The notes below the pieces were generated by a model. It had not been told where the DNA came from. It did no database searches and was given only the letters and a program-made list of their open reading frames with translations. This document shows positions 52,552 through 63,079 of a stretch of DNA of 64,000 nucleotides, piece by piece (within the stretch, counting starts at the first letter, position 1; each line of letters starts with the position of its first letter). The stretch is from Fimbriosthenelais zetlandica (lineage: Eukaryota). The translations under genes were made by a program, and so were the position numbers. The stretch is from contig OZ365115.1 in NCBI GenBank assembly GCA_977030845.1, forward strand, positions 12,896,001-12,960,000, written 5' to 3'.

Positions 52552-55500
52552 ATGACTAAGACACAAAGGAACGCGTACAAAATGTTGACTAGTGTATTTA
52601 TATTATTTTTCCTCACTTGGAGGACGAATGTAATAGCCCAGGAGTTAAATATCAATGCCTCCCAAACCCCCACAGAGGCAGGAGTGGGTTCAGACAATGG
52701 AGGGCTAGTAACAACAGAGAGTGGGGGTCTTTTAGGAGTGTCTACCAGCGGTTCAGACTCCTCCAGTAGCGTTTCTGGGACAGGAGGAGGTCAGGGTAGT
52801 GAAGGAAAAGTGCCCGAGGGTACCACCGGAGGAGGGAGTTTAGGGGGATCAAATAACAATTCTGTGATATCACAAACCCTCCCCTCTCCCTCCCACATGC
52901 CGGGCTCCCAGCAGCCAAACACCACAGACCCAAGTGGTAACACTATCGGTAACAACATTCTACCTGACAGCAACAACATTGGGGCTGTTACCACCCAGTC
53001 GTCTCAAGTTAATGTTGTTTCAGATGGAACTGAAAAGACTCCCGATGTGAAATCCAACGGTAAAGGTCCTAAAAATGGTACCAGCTACACCCAAGATACA
53101 TGGGCCCCTGTGCCTCTTGAAGATTTAGTTGAACGGAATGAAATTTTCGTTTTATACCAAATGACAACAGGTTTCTTAGCAATGATCCAACCCAATGATA
53201 TTAATTCCATTAAAGATCTCTTTGACTTCAACGATCTTCAGAATCTGGCAAAGAACTTAGCAGACAACATACCTGAGCTGATGGAATACATGTTGGGTTA
53301 CTCTATTTGTCTAAGTATTGGATTGCTTTTAGCAGTTTTTGTACCTATTGTTGGGATATTTGTATGTTGCTGTCGCTGCTGTGGTAACTGTGGGGGCAAA
53401 GTGGACCCTAAGGATAGAAAGAGCTCAGAATGCACCCGGTGTTGTTGTGGCTTTTTACTGTTCACATTTCTTGCCATTGTTTTGTCTGGAGGAGTCATAA
53501 TGGTTTTCCTCAGTCTTGATATTGAGTCAAAGCTTACAGGGGAAGAGAGCGTCTTCGATGACGTTTCTAATGGATTCACCAATATAGCTCGCTATGGTAA
53601 CCAGACACTGGATGAAATAAGGTCAGCCACGCTGGAGAAGTACCAGTCTGCCAATGAGGAAGCCTTTTCTCACCTGGAGGCAATTCTACCTGAAGTGACC
53701 CGCCAATTAGACGCTGAGACACATTTGAACGATCTGGCAAGCTTCACTGGCTCGCTTCAGACCATGAGCGACACTCTTCAAAATATCAGTCGGGCAAAGA
53801 TAGAATATGGCACTATAAAACAAACTGCAGACAGTGAAATAAATGGTATAAAGGGAAATGTGAATGTAATACTGTCAACTTGTACTGCTCCCACTTGTGA
53901 TGAAGCTCAAAGTGCTATAGATGGCTTAAAAACCAATGGTGTGATGGATATAATTGATGTTGATCCAATAAAAATGATCTTAGACCAGGCTATTTCTTTA
54001 GGTTTGGATGGAGAGGTAAATGATGCCAAACGACTTTATGAAGAGGAAATGAACAAGGTCAATTCTACAGTGGAGGCTGAATTAGACCAAGCTAAGGACA
54101 TGAGTGATGATGTTGAAGAGAGTATCAGTTCATTCATCGACGAATTAAATGACGCTTTAAATTTGGAACAAATCAGTAATATTGCTGCGGATGTGGATGA
54201 GGTCAAAAGAGAAGGCATTGATGGCAATGTTCCCTACCTGAAAATACCTGGATGGGCTTTCCTCGGTTTTGCAATTTTAACACTTGTGATAGTGTTTTGC
54301 TACTATTTGGGACTCTCATGTGGTACCTTGTGCAAACGGCCTAAAGCACATAAGTCAGAATGCTGTACCTGGAAAACCGGGGCCTGTTGGCTGCTAACTG
54401 GTATTGCCTTGACTTTTATATTATATTTCATGTTAATGTTAGTCCTGATCGTTGTGTTTTTCACTGGGGGCGTATTTCACACAGAACTTTGTCGGCATTT
54501 GTATAATTTGCCTAATTCCCCAGTAGCTGGGATGGTCGACGAGGCAGTTCAAGCAATAGTGAAGGACAACTTCACTCTGAACATATCCGAAACGTATGTG
54601 GATTGTGCCCATAACAAATCACTCTATACAGCATTCAAACTGGAAGAGAATGGAGTGAATCTGACTGAGATAATAAATACTGAATCCATAAACAAAACCA
54701 TCGATGGCATTAAAGAAATTGACATTGAAATAGGTCATCTAGATCTGTTCACTCCAGAGCATGAAGATAATATAACAACCCTTGGGAGAGAAATGGACAT
54801 GTTCCTTCATGAACTGGTGAAATGGATGGAAGTGGCCCAAGCAAATGTCACCTCAGAACCTATCACAGAAGTTGCTAATAAGCTCAGAGAAGCGGCACCC
54901 GACACAACGGACGCTGATGGACTGATACGAGAGGCTGAAAAACTGGAGAATATGACGTCAATCCAAGAAATGGAAGAACAGAAAGAGACACTCCAGTTTC
55001 TAATCAATCAAATGGATGCTCTAGTCACGAAAGTTAATCTAACTTTGACTTTCAGCTACATCCTCGAGCGGATTGATTTCATCAATGAGAACGGGACGAT
55101 CATTGTGGGAGGAATAGTGAATAACACTGCCGACAAGGTTCAGGTCCTCATCATTGGCACTGTCAAGGAAATAGACACAGATGTCAAGGAAGACATTGGG
55201 CGTTGTGGACCTGTTTACACGTCTATGTCTACCATAGTTAACAGTGTCTGTGTGTCACTGCTCTATTCTGTCAACGCCTACTGGTTCTGTATGGGAATGG
55301 TCCTCATCCCTCTCATCTTTGTGATGGCCTGCTCTTTCAAATTAGTTGGACTTTACAGGAAAACCTCACCACATAGTTCACTAGATGCTATTGATAATAA
55401 CCTGTATATGACGGCCTATAATAATGAACAAGATCACAGAGCAAGGGACAACACAAAGAAAGATCAGGAAATGCTGCTGAAGCCCATCAGTCGTGGACGG

Positions 55501-55698
55501 TCTGATTACCTGGCAATGGCCGACAACCCCGTTTTCCAAGATGACGAGTTGCCTTACGCCATCCCACGCGCGGTACTACGTACTGGGAGGCCGGTACTTC
55601 CGGTTCACCCCGCTGCCCCGAATGATGAGTATTACTACGCCATGCCAAGGTCAAGGTCGCCTCCTCCAAAATATACTACCTCCTCAACAGGGTTTTAG
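52552..55698 (+). CDS. Prominin-like pentaspan glycoprotein A, single coding exon (~1038-1048 aa)
   Basis: Uninterrupted 3.1 kb ORF. The track start at 52534 is TTG; the first ATG is 52552, with an alternative at 52582. Features: signal peptide MLTSVFILFFLTWRTNVIA, a Ser/Thr/Gly-rich stalk, TM1 followed by the prominin Cys cluster (VCCCRCCGNCGG), TM2, a large loop, TM3-Cys loop-TM4 (GGVFHTELCR), a second large N-glycosylated loop with GRCGPV..C, TM5 (VNAYWFCMG...LYRK) and a long cytoplasmic tail. Confidence 0.9.
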   Translation: MTKTQRNAYKMLTSVFILFFLTWRTNVIAQELNINASQTPTEAGVGSDNGGLVTTESGGLLGVSTSGSDSSSSVSGTGGGQGSEGKVPEGTTGGGSLGGSNNNSVISQTLPSPSHMPGSQQPNTTDPSGNTIGNNILPDSNNIGAVTTQSSQVNVVSDGTEKTPDVKSNGKGPKNGTSYTQDTWAPVPLEDLVERNEIFVLYQMTTGFLAMIQPNDINSIKDLFDFNDLQNLAKNLADNIPELMEYMLGYSICLSIGLLLAVFVPIVGIFVCCCRCCGNCGGKVDPKDRKSSECTRCCCGFLLFTFLAIVLSGGVIMVFLSLDIESKLTGEESVFDDVSNGFTNIARYGNQTLDEIRSATLEKYQSANEEAFSHLEAILPEVTRQLDAETHLNDLASFTGSLQTMSDTLQNISRAKIEYGTIKQTADSEINGIKGNVNVILSTCTAPTCDEAQSAIDGLKTNGVMDIIDVDPIKMILDQAISLGLDGEVNDAKRLYEEEMNKVNSTVEAELDQAKDMSDDVEESISSFIDELNDALNLEQISNIAADVDEVKREGIDGNVPYLKIPGWAFLGFAILTLVIVFCYYLGLSCGTLCKRPKAHKSECCTWKTGACWLLTGIALTFILYFMLMLVLIVVFFTGGVFHTELCRHLYNLPNSPVAGMVDEAVQAIVKDNFTLNISETYVDCAHNKSLYTAFKLEENGVNLTEIINTESINKTIDGIKEIDIEIGHLDLFTPEHEDNITTLGREMDMFLHELVKWMEVAQANVTSEPITEVANKLREAAPDTTDADGLIREAEKLENMTSIQEMEEQKETLQFLINQMDALVTKVNLTLTFSYILERIDFINENGTIIVGGIVNNTADKVQVLIIGTVKEIDTDVKEDIGRCGPVYTSMSTIVNSVCVSLLYSVNAYWFCMGMVLIPLIFVMACSFKLVGLYRKTSPHSSLDAIDNNLYMTAYNNEQDHRARDNTKKDQEMLLKPISRGRSDYLAMADNPVFQDDELPYAIPRAVLRTGRPVLPVHPAAPNDEYYYAMPRSRSPPPKYTTSSTGF

Positions 55699-56354
55699 TA
55701 GTCTACTTGGGACCACTTTTGGTCATTCAGCCATTGCACAATGGTCAGACCTTTAAATTATTCAAAGAATGAGTGCTTGAATGTATTTTAAGTTAGAGTA
55801 ATATGTATCAGGATGATGAGACGTGTTTTGAGTGAGAATGGCATATTTGCAGTTTAATTATCAGGATGGATAACAAAAATGTTTTGAATAACAAAACAAT
55901 TGTTATGGAAACAAAGTAAGCTTAAGAATTTCTATAACAAATGTATATAATGTTACAGTATGGAGTGAGAACGCAGAGTTTGATAAATGATATCATGTGA
56001 TCTTGAATCATTACATGGTGCTCAATAATTATGAGGGACTTTTGGGGGACAGTCCAAACCGGACTCCCAACATTAAAGTAAAGTAATTCATCTAATTATA
56101 ATTTATAGGCTCATCATAAATCTGTTAATTCTTTCGGGGATGTCATCAAATCTAAGTCAGTCATTCCAGTAACTGTGCCATTTACACATTCATTATGTAC
56201 ATATCATCTGTCATAACGTGCCTTCAAATTTTACCTCCATCCATATATGTATGTGTATTATATATCTGGTCAAAATATTGTATTTATGTATAGATTTTTA
56301 TGTTTAGAACTATATTTAATCTAATATAAATAAGCCACAATATTGCTGAACTTT

Positions 56355-56555
56355 GTACACACCGACCCGACGGACTGTCAGACTGGACGTTTGTATAGAA
56401 TGGTTTCAATCACCCGGTGATTATCAAATTCTTTAAACCTTTTCTCAACATTATCAACAAACACCCCATCTCTTCAGAAAGTCTGGTCCCAGACCTGCGG
56501 ATGGAATGGCAGAAATCTGTAGGGTCGATTTGCGTCTGTTGGCTTGGTGTGTGAG
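56355..56555. mobile_element. Possible decayed ~200-bp MITE
   Basis: ACACACCGACCCGACGGAC at the left imperfectly matches the reverse complement of GTCTGTTGGCTTGGTGTGT at the right; no clear TSD. Confidence 0.3.
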
Positions 56556-57644
56556 GGGTTTTAGATTAGAGATATATTATCGTACTCTCGTGAGGAGGAA
56601 AGCGATCGATAATTAATGCAAGGAATATTTGTGTATCTAATTGAATAGTCATGCACTGTATGTGATAGATGGTGCCACTCAGTACTGATGAATTCATGAC
56701 TATTTTATATTAACATGAAATGAATGAATACATTGACCTCAGACATAAAGCTGCGAAACTTCATCCCTTAAAAGACTTAATGAATCCTTCAATCCAACAA
56801 ATCTTACATTTTGCAGAAATATTTGTTTCATGATTTCAATATTTCACCGATGTAACGACCATTAATACCGTCCATTATACTATGATTGCTATATTGAATT
56901 TAAGCGATTCAAACAATTGTATTTGATTTTATAAATGTCATCTCATTGGAATAATAGTTAGTTATTAAATTTATGCTAAATCATTAACATATCAAAATGA
57001 ACTTGAGTGACGGCTCTCTGTTTAAGGTGGTGCAAATGCACTTGATAATAATATAGGACTAATAACAGGTGACTACGATATTTTAATCATAATCCCGCAT
57101 AAAAGTGAATACCACTGTATAGATTGTGGTTGTGTGATTAGAAGGTGGGGACCTCGCTATTTTGTGGTGTTCTTCATATTTAGCTAAAGAGATAGTACTC
57201 CAAAGTATGGTTGAAACTGAAACGTGGCGATATCCTGTATAGATCGGGGATAGTATTGCATGTGTGAAGCTTGTGAAACAAAGGATGTATATTAAATGCC
57301 ATTATATTTTGTCGCTGTATGAGTCATGTGCCTTTTAGTGTAAATGAAAACACTGCCCAAATATTTTGTCTCAGCCGTGGTATAATAACATAATATCAAC
57401 CTAGTCCCTGATGACTGATACACGTTGACTGTGATTACCTTTTATGTTGTAAGGAATAAAACATATATATTGAACAGTATATAAAGTGTCCATATTCACA
57501 TTGTTATTGATTTGGTGAGAGCTCTGGCCTGTGGCTCCAATAAAACACTGTGCACTGAAATTGAGGGTGAAGTTTACCTGGCATAGAAACAAAGTCAGGT
57601 TTATCTGAACTATGATTTATACGAGTCCAGGCACCTGCGTCATG

Positions 57645-57658
57645 GTTGCCATGGTAAT
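57645..57658. promoter_or_regulatory. RFX X-box-like motif between the prominin genes
   Basis: GTTGCCATGGTAAT, one mismatch from the consensus. Confidence 0.45.
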
Positions 57659-58461
57659 GGAAGCGTTCACTAAACGCAGTTGATTAGTTATCAACACCTG
57701 CTGACTTTTGATATTTGTCAAGTTGCATGTATAATTAATTAATTAAAACCATTTTTTTTCAAATTTCAACTTCAACAAGAAGTTGAAACAACAAGCGAAG
57801 TTGACAACAATAGGCATATAAGTTGGATGGATTCAAGTGATTCATTTCAACCATTGTATTGAATTAATTAATTGAACCAATTCAGAATTTAAATTTACCT
57901 CAAAATAAACTGAGGATAAAATTAATGGAATAGGTGTCAATGGTGTCGATGGTCGACTCAAAGGACTCACATTGTTGAGTCAATTTGCAACCAGCAGGTG
58001 GTAGCACTACCAAAGAATCGAAGTCTCATAGAAGTTCTCAAGGCGTAGGGCAAAAGTGATATAGGCATATTTTTTTTGACAAAATAACCTTATAATTCGG
58101 ATAATTATTTCTATCCGCCTTAACTGTTCAGAACAGTTAATATGCCGTCACACTCAATTCAGAAATATAATCAATTATTTGTTCAAGTTGGTATTTCACA
58201 AGGGGATAGGATGCCCTATGTTTAGTTTCCATGAGTCACAACAAAGAAGAGGATTTCAAAATGGAAAGTGTAGCACCATCCTGATAGAGGGCGCACCTAC
58301 ATGTGGTTGTGATTTATCACAGGTTAAGAATTTGGACATCCTGGTACACATTGAGACAATCATCGTAAACATTGCCCCAATTTATAGTTAACCAAACTAA
58401 CAAATATTAATCCTGCAACAGATCGGACAACAATGGCATGTTGCTATGAAACAAGCCTCTG

Positions 58462-58537
58462 GGGTTCGTTTCAAAGAGATATGTTGTAACTGCTGTGAGC
58501 TACATATGCAACGGATCTTTCTTCTGAAACAGGCCCT
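58462..58537. mobile_element. 76-bp MITE-like element (GGGYCYGTTTCA-type TIR family)
   Basis: CTG|GGGTTCGTTTCAAAGAGA ... TCTTCTGAAACAGGCCC; same terminal motif as 36652-36718. Confidence 0.5.
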
Positions 58538-59932
58538 CAATATTAAAATTTAATAATATATATTAAACATTTTTGGTGCTGTTTTTTGTTGACTGACTGG
58601 GTCAGCTAATGTGCTCAGCATTGCAGCAAGTAGGATTCAGATATGAGGGTTTTTTATTTCAATCTTTCGTCCTCTCCTTTGTCGTCTCCTTATCAAATTA
58701 ATTACAAAGTACTTGTAGGGCCAGTCCCTGGTGGAAAAAAGCATGTATGAGATGCACTGATCGATTATGGCATAAGGAGGCTTTAAATCCTTGTATGTTA
58801 TTTCATTATGCAGTAGGTCCTCCTACGTCAATAGGACATCAATATTACAGGTACTTGAGTCTGATTTTAATGTGTTTTTCGTCCTCTGTCATCAGGTGGA
58901 CTGCTCAGGCTAATATTCCAAGTTACCTGTTGTAGGAAATATATCTGACACACATGGATAATAATATGTATACAGGTTGAGATAGGAACCCCTCATATCA
59001 CCTGTCTTGTCTGTCAGAGGGTCTGTTGTTCTGTCCATCGAACAGGCGGGGAAATGCAAATAATGGGAATGGGAAGAGTGAATGAACTGCCTTAGCTCAA
59101 ATACACTATAATTTCATTTGCTATATAATCTTCTATATATCTGGCATTTTCCCAAGTCAGGATGAAAATGTGGACAATGCCTGATGAATATCGTAAAAAG
59201 ACAAAGACTTAGTGCTACACTAAGTAGCCTTAGTGTAACTCAGTCATATTGTTGAGTAATATGATCTAGTATAGAGTACTTGGAGTGAAGCTCATGATTT
59301 TGTTTCCACCTGTCTCGTCAATGCTGCAGGTATTGATCAGACATTGAGAAGCTTTCACCTTCACAGACATCCTGCTGACACATCGAGACTCAGGTGATCA
59401 TTTCCCAGCTTTAATCTAACCTAAATTACTTTACCTTACACCCACTGCCAAAAGTAAAAACCCCCCATCCTGTTACACAGAAATAGATTAAAACAAGCCA
59501 AAATCAGCCTTTATAATGTAGCAATCAATAAAGTGATTACTAGAACTGAATCTGATATATGTGGAGGAGCAATCTATTTTCCATCATGCGCAATGAAACT
59601 CTTTTTCACAATAATATATTGCATTCAAATATATGGTATATTATATAGTTGACGGATATGTTGACTGTATTTTGGCATGCAACAACTGTCAAAGAAAGTA
59701 AGCAGAAACAAAAAAGGAAAAAGGTGGAAAACACTGATAGTATTGACAGTAAGGAGTTTTTGCATACACTGTAGATGCATCGTTTACAAGAAATTTGCAT
59801 TTCGCTTACACATCAAAGTAAGACAGGTATAGATCAGTGTTTCAGTATTCTGCTATTATTGAATGGCTTATTCATGGCATAGAGGCTGTCAAAAGAGTAT
59901 ACAACGCTGAATACATCATATTGTTGTCAACC

Positions 59933-59946
59933 GTTGTTTAGGCAAC
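59933..59946. promoter_or_regulatory. RFX X-box-like motif ~200 bp upstream of prominin-like gene B
   Basis: GTTGTTTAGGCAAC has both X-box half-sites (GTTGYY / RGCAAC). Confidence 0.4.
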
Positions 59947-60148
59947 TTGATTTACTTTATCTTGGAATATAATGAAGGATGGCTGTGCTATCGGTTAGTA
60001 TAATTCACTGTTTTCAAGATTGCAATGTCTTTCAATTTTTGCTGGCCAGATTTGTGGAAACTCGTATAATTTCTATTGAATCTACCTCACTACAGTTGTA
60101 TTTCATCTTCCTGTGTTATACATCTAAGTGTAAAGTCACTATCATAGT

Positions 60149-62449
60149 ATGATGCTAACTTCGTTGACTTTTCAGCATCTGGTAGCCTTTAGCAATGCCA
60201 TACTGGACAAGCTAGTTCAGCCCGACAATGTGGAGCATTTTCTCACCAAGAACATTAATTTCTCCTCTCCCGGGGCCTTCTCAACAAGTCTCCAACAAAA
60301 CTGGACTGTTTTACTCAACTATCTCTTGGGATTTGTTCTATTAGGATCTATTGCAATTATCGTTGCTGTGGTTTTGCCAATAACTGGACTATGCATTTGT
60401 TGCTGTCGTATTTCCAGACGTTGTGGTAGCAATGAGCCTCAAGGGGATCGGTTTGTGAGAGACTCAAACAAGAGAGAAAAGCTTGCCTGTGAATTGACAT
60501 TGTTTGTTTTGGGGTCTTTAATTTTAGCAGGCGGAATCTTTTCTTTAATTGCCAACCAGATTTTGAGGGAACAAACTCTGGAAAATGGAGCTATCTACAG
60601 GATTTCAAAAAGTATGGACAATGTGCATAGATTTATAAGTGACACCAATAATGAAGGAAGAGAGGTCTTTGAAACCACCGTCACTGATATGATGTTAAGG
60701 TGGACAACAACACTGAATACCTTACCAGGAAAAGCTTGGCTTTATGCCAGCAACTCCTCTGGTGCTTCTCAAAGTATGAACAATCTCACAAACATGGTCA
60801 ACCAATTAGATTCTGTACACATGAGTTTAGCCATTTGGGACAATGCAACCAGACAGTTGCAGTCAGGTCTGTCAAATGTTGACACTGAATTGGAAGAACT
60901 GAGGCGCAGTATTAAGAATGATGTTGCTTTATGTACAGCAACAAACCCAACTTGTGCTGAGATTCAGATTCTTATCGATGATCTTAAAACATGTACTGAT
61001 TATAAAGGAATCACCAATGAGGGAATATTTGATTGGTATCAACTAAAAAGGAACATTAAGAGTGTCAGTCTCGCGGATGAAGCTCTTCAAAATATCTTTT
61101 CAGCTTTCCACGACTTTGCACCCTATACTGAGGCACTGATAACGGATATTGACACTATCCACGCAAGCTCCAAGTCTGAATTTAATGCTATCATGGATCA
61201 GCTGAATAAAATGAACTTCAGTTCCTTCCAAAGAATCTTACATAAAGCAGGGAATTATGTGGTAGACTACGGGGGGATTTTGCATATTGTTGTCATAATT
61301 TCAGCAGTTCTACTCATTGTAACAGTCCTTTGCTACTTTCAGGGAATGGCTCTGACTATCTGTAAAGGTCGGGGAAAGGGAACTGACAGCTGTTCCCATG
61401 CGAGGTTGTCAATTAGGCTATTATTGCTTGGGAATGCAACAGCCTTTATTTTTGATTGGATCGTACTGATTTTGGTAACAGTGTATTTTGTTGGGGCTGG
61501 GGTGCTTCACACGTTCTGCCGTAATTTACAAGCAGAAGATCAAAACATGGTCACAGACCTACTTGATCAACTAATTTCTAAACAGTTAGGACTGCCACTG
61601 AGTTTTTTCAATACCAGCAGAGCATGTCAATCAAATATCAGCATCTACAATGCCCCGCAACTTGATTCGTGGTTGACTGGTTTGGGGCAGCCTCCAAATT
61701 CAGTCATGAATGAATTTAAAGCGCACATTTCAAACCTTCATAACCTGACTTTGCCCAATGTCCAAGTCACCATCTTGTCTACTATCATAAATGAAACTCT
61801 CCAGCCACTGTCAGAAGCCCTAGAGAGTTTCAATACTACAGCCTATAGGTTAGAAAATGCTAAACATCTGATATGCATAGATTTAAAAGGTCTTGTTTTG
61901 ATGTTAGAATCAGCTGCAGAAAGTTTGACAAATGGTACCACAGCTTCCAAGATCAGAACACATGCCATCACCCTCCAGCAAATACAGTCAATGACAGTCG
62001 CAGACCTAACCAATAAGAGGCGTGTCATTGCAGCAACCTTGGTGACAGTGGAACAGTTCCTATCTTTGCCTGAAGTGATGGCAGATTTGACTGCAGCTGA
62101 GAATGCACTAAGCAGCAATGGTTCGTCTCTTGCCAAAGTCTACATTTCATCCATTGCAGAAACCATTGAGGATGACATCATAAATACGCTGTCAACTTTT
62201 CTGACAGTGTTGAAAAGTGAGACTGGACATTGTGGGGTTGTCTATGACGCCCTTGCAGACACTGTCGATACCATTTGCAATGATGTAGTAGGTACAATCA
62301 ATGTAACATGGCTAACCCAAGGCTGGTCTGTGATTCTGAACCTGCCAGCCATTTTTATAGTGTACAGAATAGTGACACTCTACAGAAGGATGACTTCTAA
62401 TGCTATAGCTGACGCCATGTCAAGGAACATTCTGAGAGATATCAAATAA
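60149..62449 (+). CDS. Prominin-like pentaspan glycoprotein B, coding region essentially one exon (766 aa as read from ATG 60149; true N-terminus uncertain)
   Basis: Uninterrupted 2.3 kb ORF with prominin architecture: KLVQPD N-terminal motif, TM1 plus CICCCRISRRCG, TM2, loop with CTATNPTC, TM3/TM4 (GAGVLHTFCR), loop with GHCGVV...C, TM5 (INVTWLTQGWS...LYRR) and a short tail. No signal peptide is evident. A strong acceptor (CTAAC...TTTTCAG at 60175) may attach an upstream exon. Confidence 0.88.
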   Translation: MMLTSLTFQHLVAFSNAILDKLVQPDNVEHFLTKNINFSSPGAFSTSLQQNWTVLLNYLLGFVLLGSIAIIVAVVLPITGLCICCCRISRRCGSNEPQGDRFVRDSNKREKLACELTLFVLGSLILAGGIFSLIANQILREQTLENGAIYRISKSMDNVHRFISDTNNEGREVFETTVTDMMLRWTTTLNTLPGKAWLYASNSSGASQSMNNLTNMVNQLDSVHMSLAIWDNATRQLQSGLSNVDTELEELRRSIKNDVALCTATNPTCAEIQILIDDLKTCTDYKGITNEGIFDWYQLKRNIKSVSLADEALQNIFSAFHDFAPYTEALITDIDTIHASSKSEFNAIMDQLNKMNFSSFQRILHKAGNYVVDYGGILHIVVIISAVLLIVTVLCYFQGMALTICKGRGKGTDSCSHARLSIRLLLLGNATAFIFDWIVLILVTVYFVGAGVLHTFCRNLQAEDQNMVTDLLDQLISKQLGLPLSFFNTSRACQSNISIYNAPQLDSWLTGLGQPPNSVMNEFKAHISNLHNLTLPNVQVTILSTIINETLQPLSEALESFNTTAYRLENAKHLICIDLKGLVLMLESAAESLTNGTTASKIRTHAITLQQIQSMTVADLTNKRRVIAATLVTVEQFLSLPEVMADLTAAENALSSNGSSLAKVYISSIAETIEDDIINTLSTFLTVLKSETGHCGVVYDALADTVDTICNDVVGTINVTWLTQGWSVILNLPAIFIVYRIVTLYRRMTSNAIADAMSRNILRDIK

Positions 62450-62994
62450 AGTAGGTTGATTTGCCAACTTTTCAAAGCTACTTCGCTAAAAGTAACATTT
62501 TATCACCGATTATGATCCACTAAGCAATCTGAGAAAAACTGAATAGTTATAACAGTAGGCCTACACTCGCTGGTCCTGCCACCTAGTGTTTCGTCCACAT
62601 ACCATTAGGACCTATACCCAGATAACAAAGGAAGCTTAGCTATTGTAATATTCATGTAATAAATCATGTCCATTCAAACATCATAAATTTGGATTGATAT
62701 GTTTTTGTTTTTTCTCTTTTTATGCAGGAATGTTTATACATTTATACGAAAAGTACCTTTATAGACATCAATAGCTGCCAGAAATCCAAGTTAATTAGGT
62801 TACTTCGATTTTTCCCTTTCGATTTACTTCGAAAGGGAGTGATTTTTGCATTGTAGGTCATATTGGCAAGTCACATGAGAGTGAGTCAGGGGGAGGGATG
62901 GGTGCTTATCAGCATTCACTTGGACCTACGTCAATGTACAATATATATAACCACTTACTTGTGCAATAGGGACTAGATCCTGAAGCACCTCTAC

Positions 62995-63032
62995 CATAAA
63001 TAGCGAGGGGACACCGATAAACAGAGTCATTC
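62995..63032 (+). promoter_or_regulatory. Possible TATA-like box and initiator for the small gene at the window end
   Basis: CATAAATAG at 62995-63003 and Inr-like TCATTC at 63027-63032, about 50 nt before ATG 63080. Confidence 0.25.
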
Positions 63033-63079
63033 AAATTTGAGTCAGGCTATTGTTAAGGGGTAAATATATTTTAAAGAAA

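Noticed and set aside
52473-55756. Antisense and alternate-frame ORFs overlapping prominin A (also 60700-60882 and 61843-62136 in prominin B)
   Set aside because: Typical shadows of a long coding exon; no independent gene signals.
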